Source: Mobula hypostoma (Eukaryota). Taken from it: a stretch of DNA of 64,000 nt. The notes under the pieces are model-generated. The model was not told the DNA's origin and did not search any database. It saw nothing but the letters and a program-made list of their open reading frames with translations. The translations under genes were made by a program, and so were the position numbers. Where the stretch lies: the NCBI RefSeq assembly GCF_963921235.1, contig NC_086099.1, positions 189,286,001 to 189,350,000 of the forward strand, given 5' to 3'. Of this stretch, positions 63,455 through 64,000 are shown piece after piece (the stretch's first letter is position 1; every line of letters begins with the position of its first letter).

Positions 63455-63623
63455 CCTCTGGGTAACTTAAGGGATTTTGGACTGTCTGATTTAAAAACCA
63501 GCCACCTGGATGAATTGGTTGGCAGGTTACTTCCAAGTTTGTCGTTAGTTGATTCAAACTCTGGTTCGTCCCAGTGGAAAATATCTCATGTTTCATCACA
63601 GTCCTTCTTTGAAAATAAACATG
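63455..63623 (+). CDS. YME1L1: YME1L1 coding exon 3
   Basis: Acceptor ttttattttcag|; PLGNLRDFGLSDLKTSHLDELVGRLLPSLS...SQWKISHVSSQSFFENKH(G); donor gtaaga; 169 nt. Confidence 0.93.
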
Positions 63624-64000
63624 GTAAGAGGTTTTTCCTCCCTTTTCTCCACATTTCAAGAAATGCAATCTGATTAAGAAGGAACTTTCTGAATTATGAA
63701 GTGCAGGGCATCAAGTTTAATTAACGCCCCCTTTCCATAGTACTAAACCTGGGGAAAGGATACTGAAATGGCAGTGGAGATTGACCTACCTAGTGATCTG
63801 ACATCTATTCTATGAATAATTAAGGTTCCCAGTGCAGAAAGTCCAAGGAAATCAAGGAAAAACAAAAGTGAAATGTTATTTAGTGCTATATATAAAAATA
63901 ATTGAAAGATAATTAAATAGCGGAATATAGAAAGCATGTATACAGGAGAAGGTAAAATAGGAAAGCAAAGAGAGAGTAATGGAAAAAATTACTAGCAAAT

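Overview
Eukaryotic (vertebrate) genomic DNA. The repeat landscape (abundant CR1, Rex1/Babar-type, L1 and RTE LINEs, Penelope-like elements, V-SINEs, Tc1) suggests a cartilaginous fish, probably a ray; this is inferred, not verified. Two divergently transcribed genes are present. MASTL/Greatwall kinase is on the - strand (coding exons 1-8, 29960 down to 5101; the remaining exons lie left of the window). YME1L1, the i-AAA protease, is on the + strand (coding exons 1-3 at 41487, 55421 and 63455). The two start codons are about 11.5 kb apart, each in its own CpG-rich island, and a 5.8-kb full-length but decayed L1 lies between them. Most remaining sequence is nested transposon debris. Main points of interest: (i) Penelope-derived minimal hammerhead ribozyme cassettes, including a 69-bp insert with an intact core in sense orientation in MASTL intron 1, and fold-back copies; (ii) a heavily structured, pseudoknotted, IRES-like 5' leader on an RTE LINE; (iii) two inferred GC-AG introns in MASTL; (iv) a templated 36-bp inverted insertion at the RTE breakpoint. 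Transposon coordinates are approximate unless a TSD or TIR is quoted.
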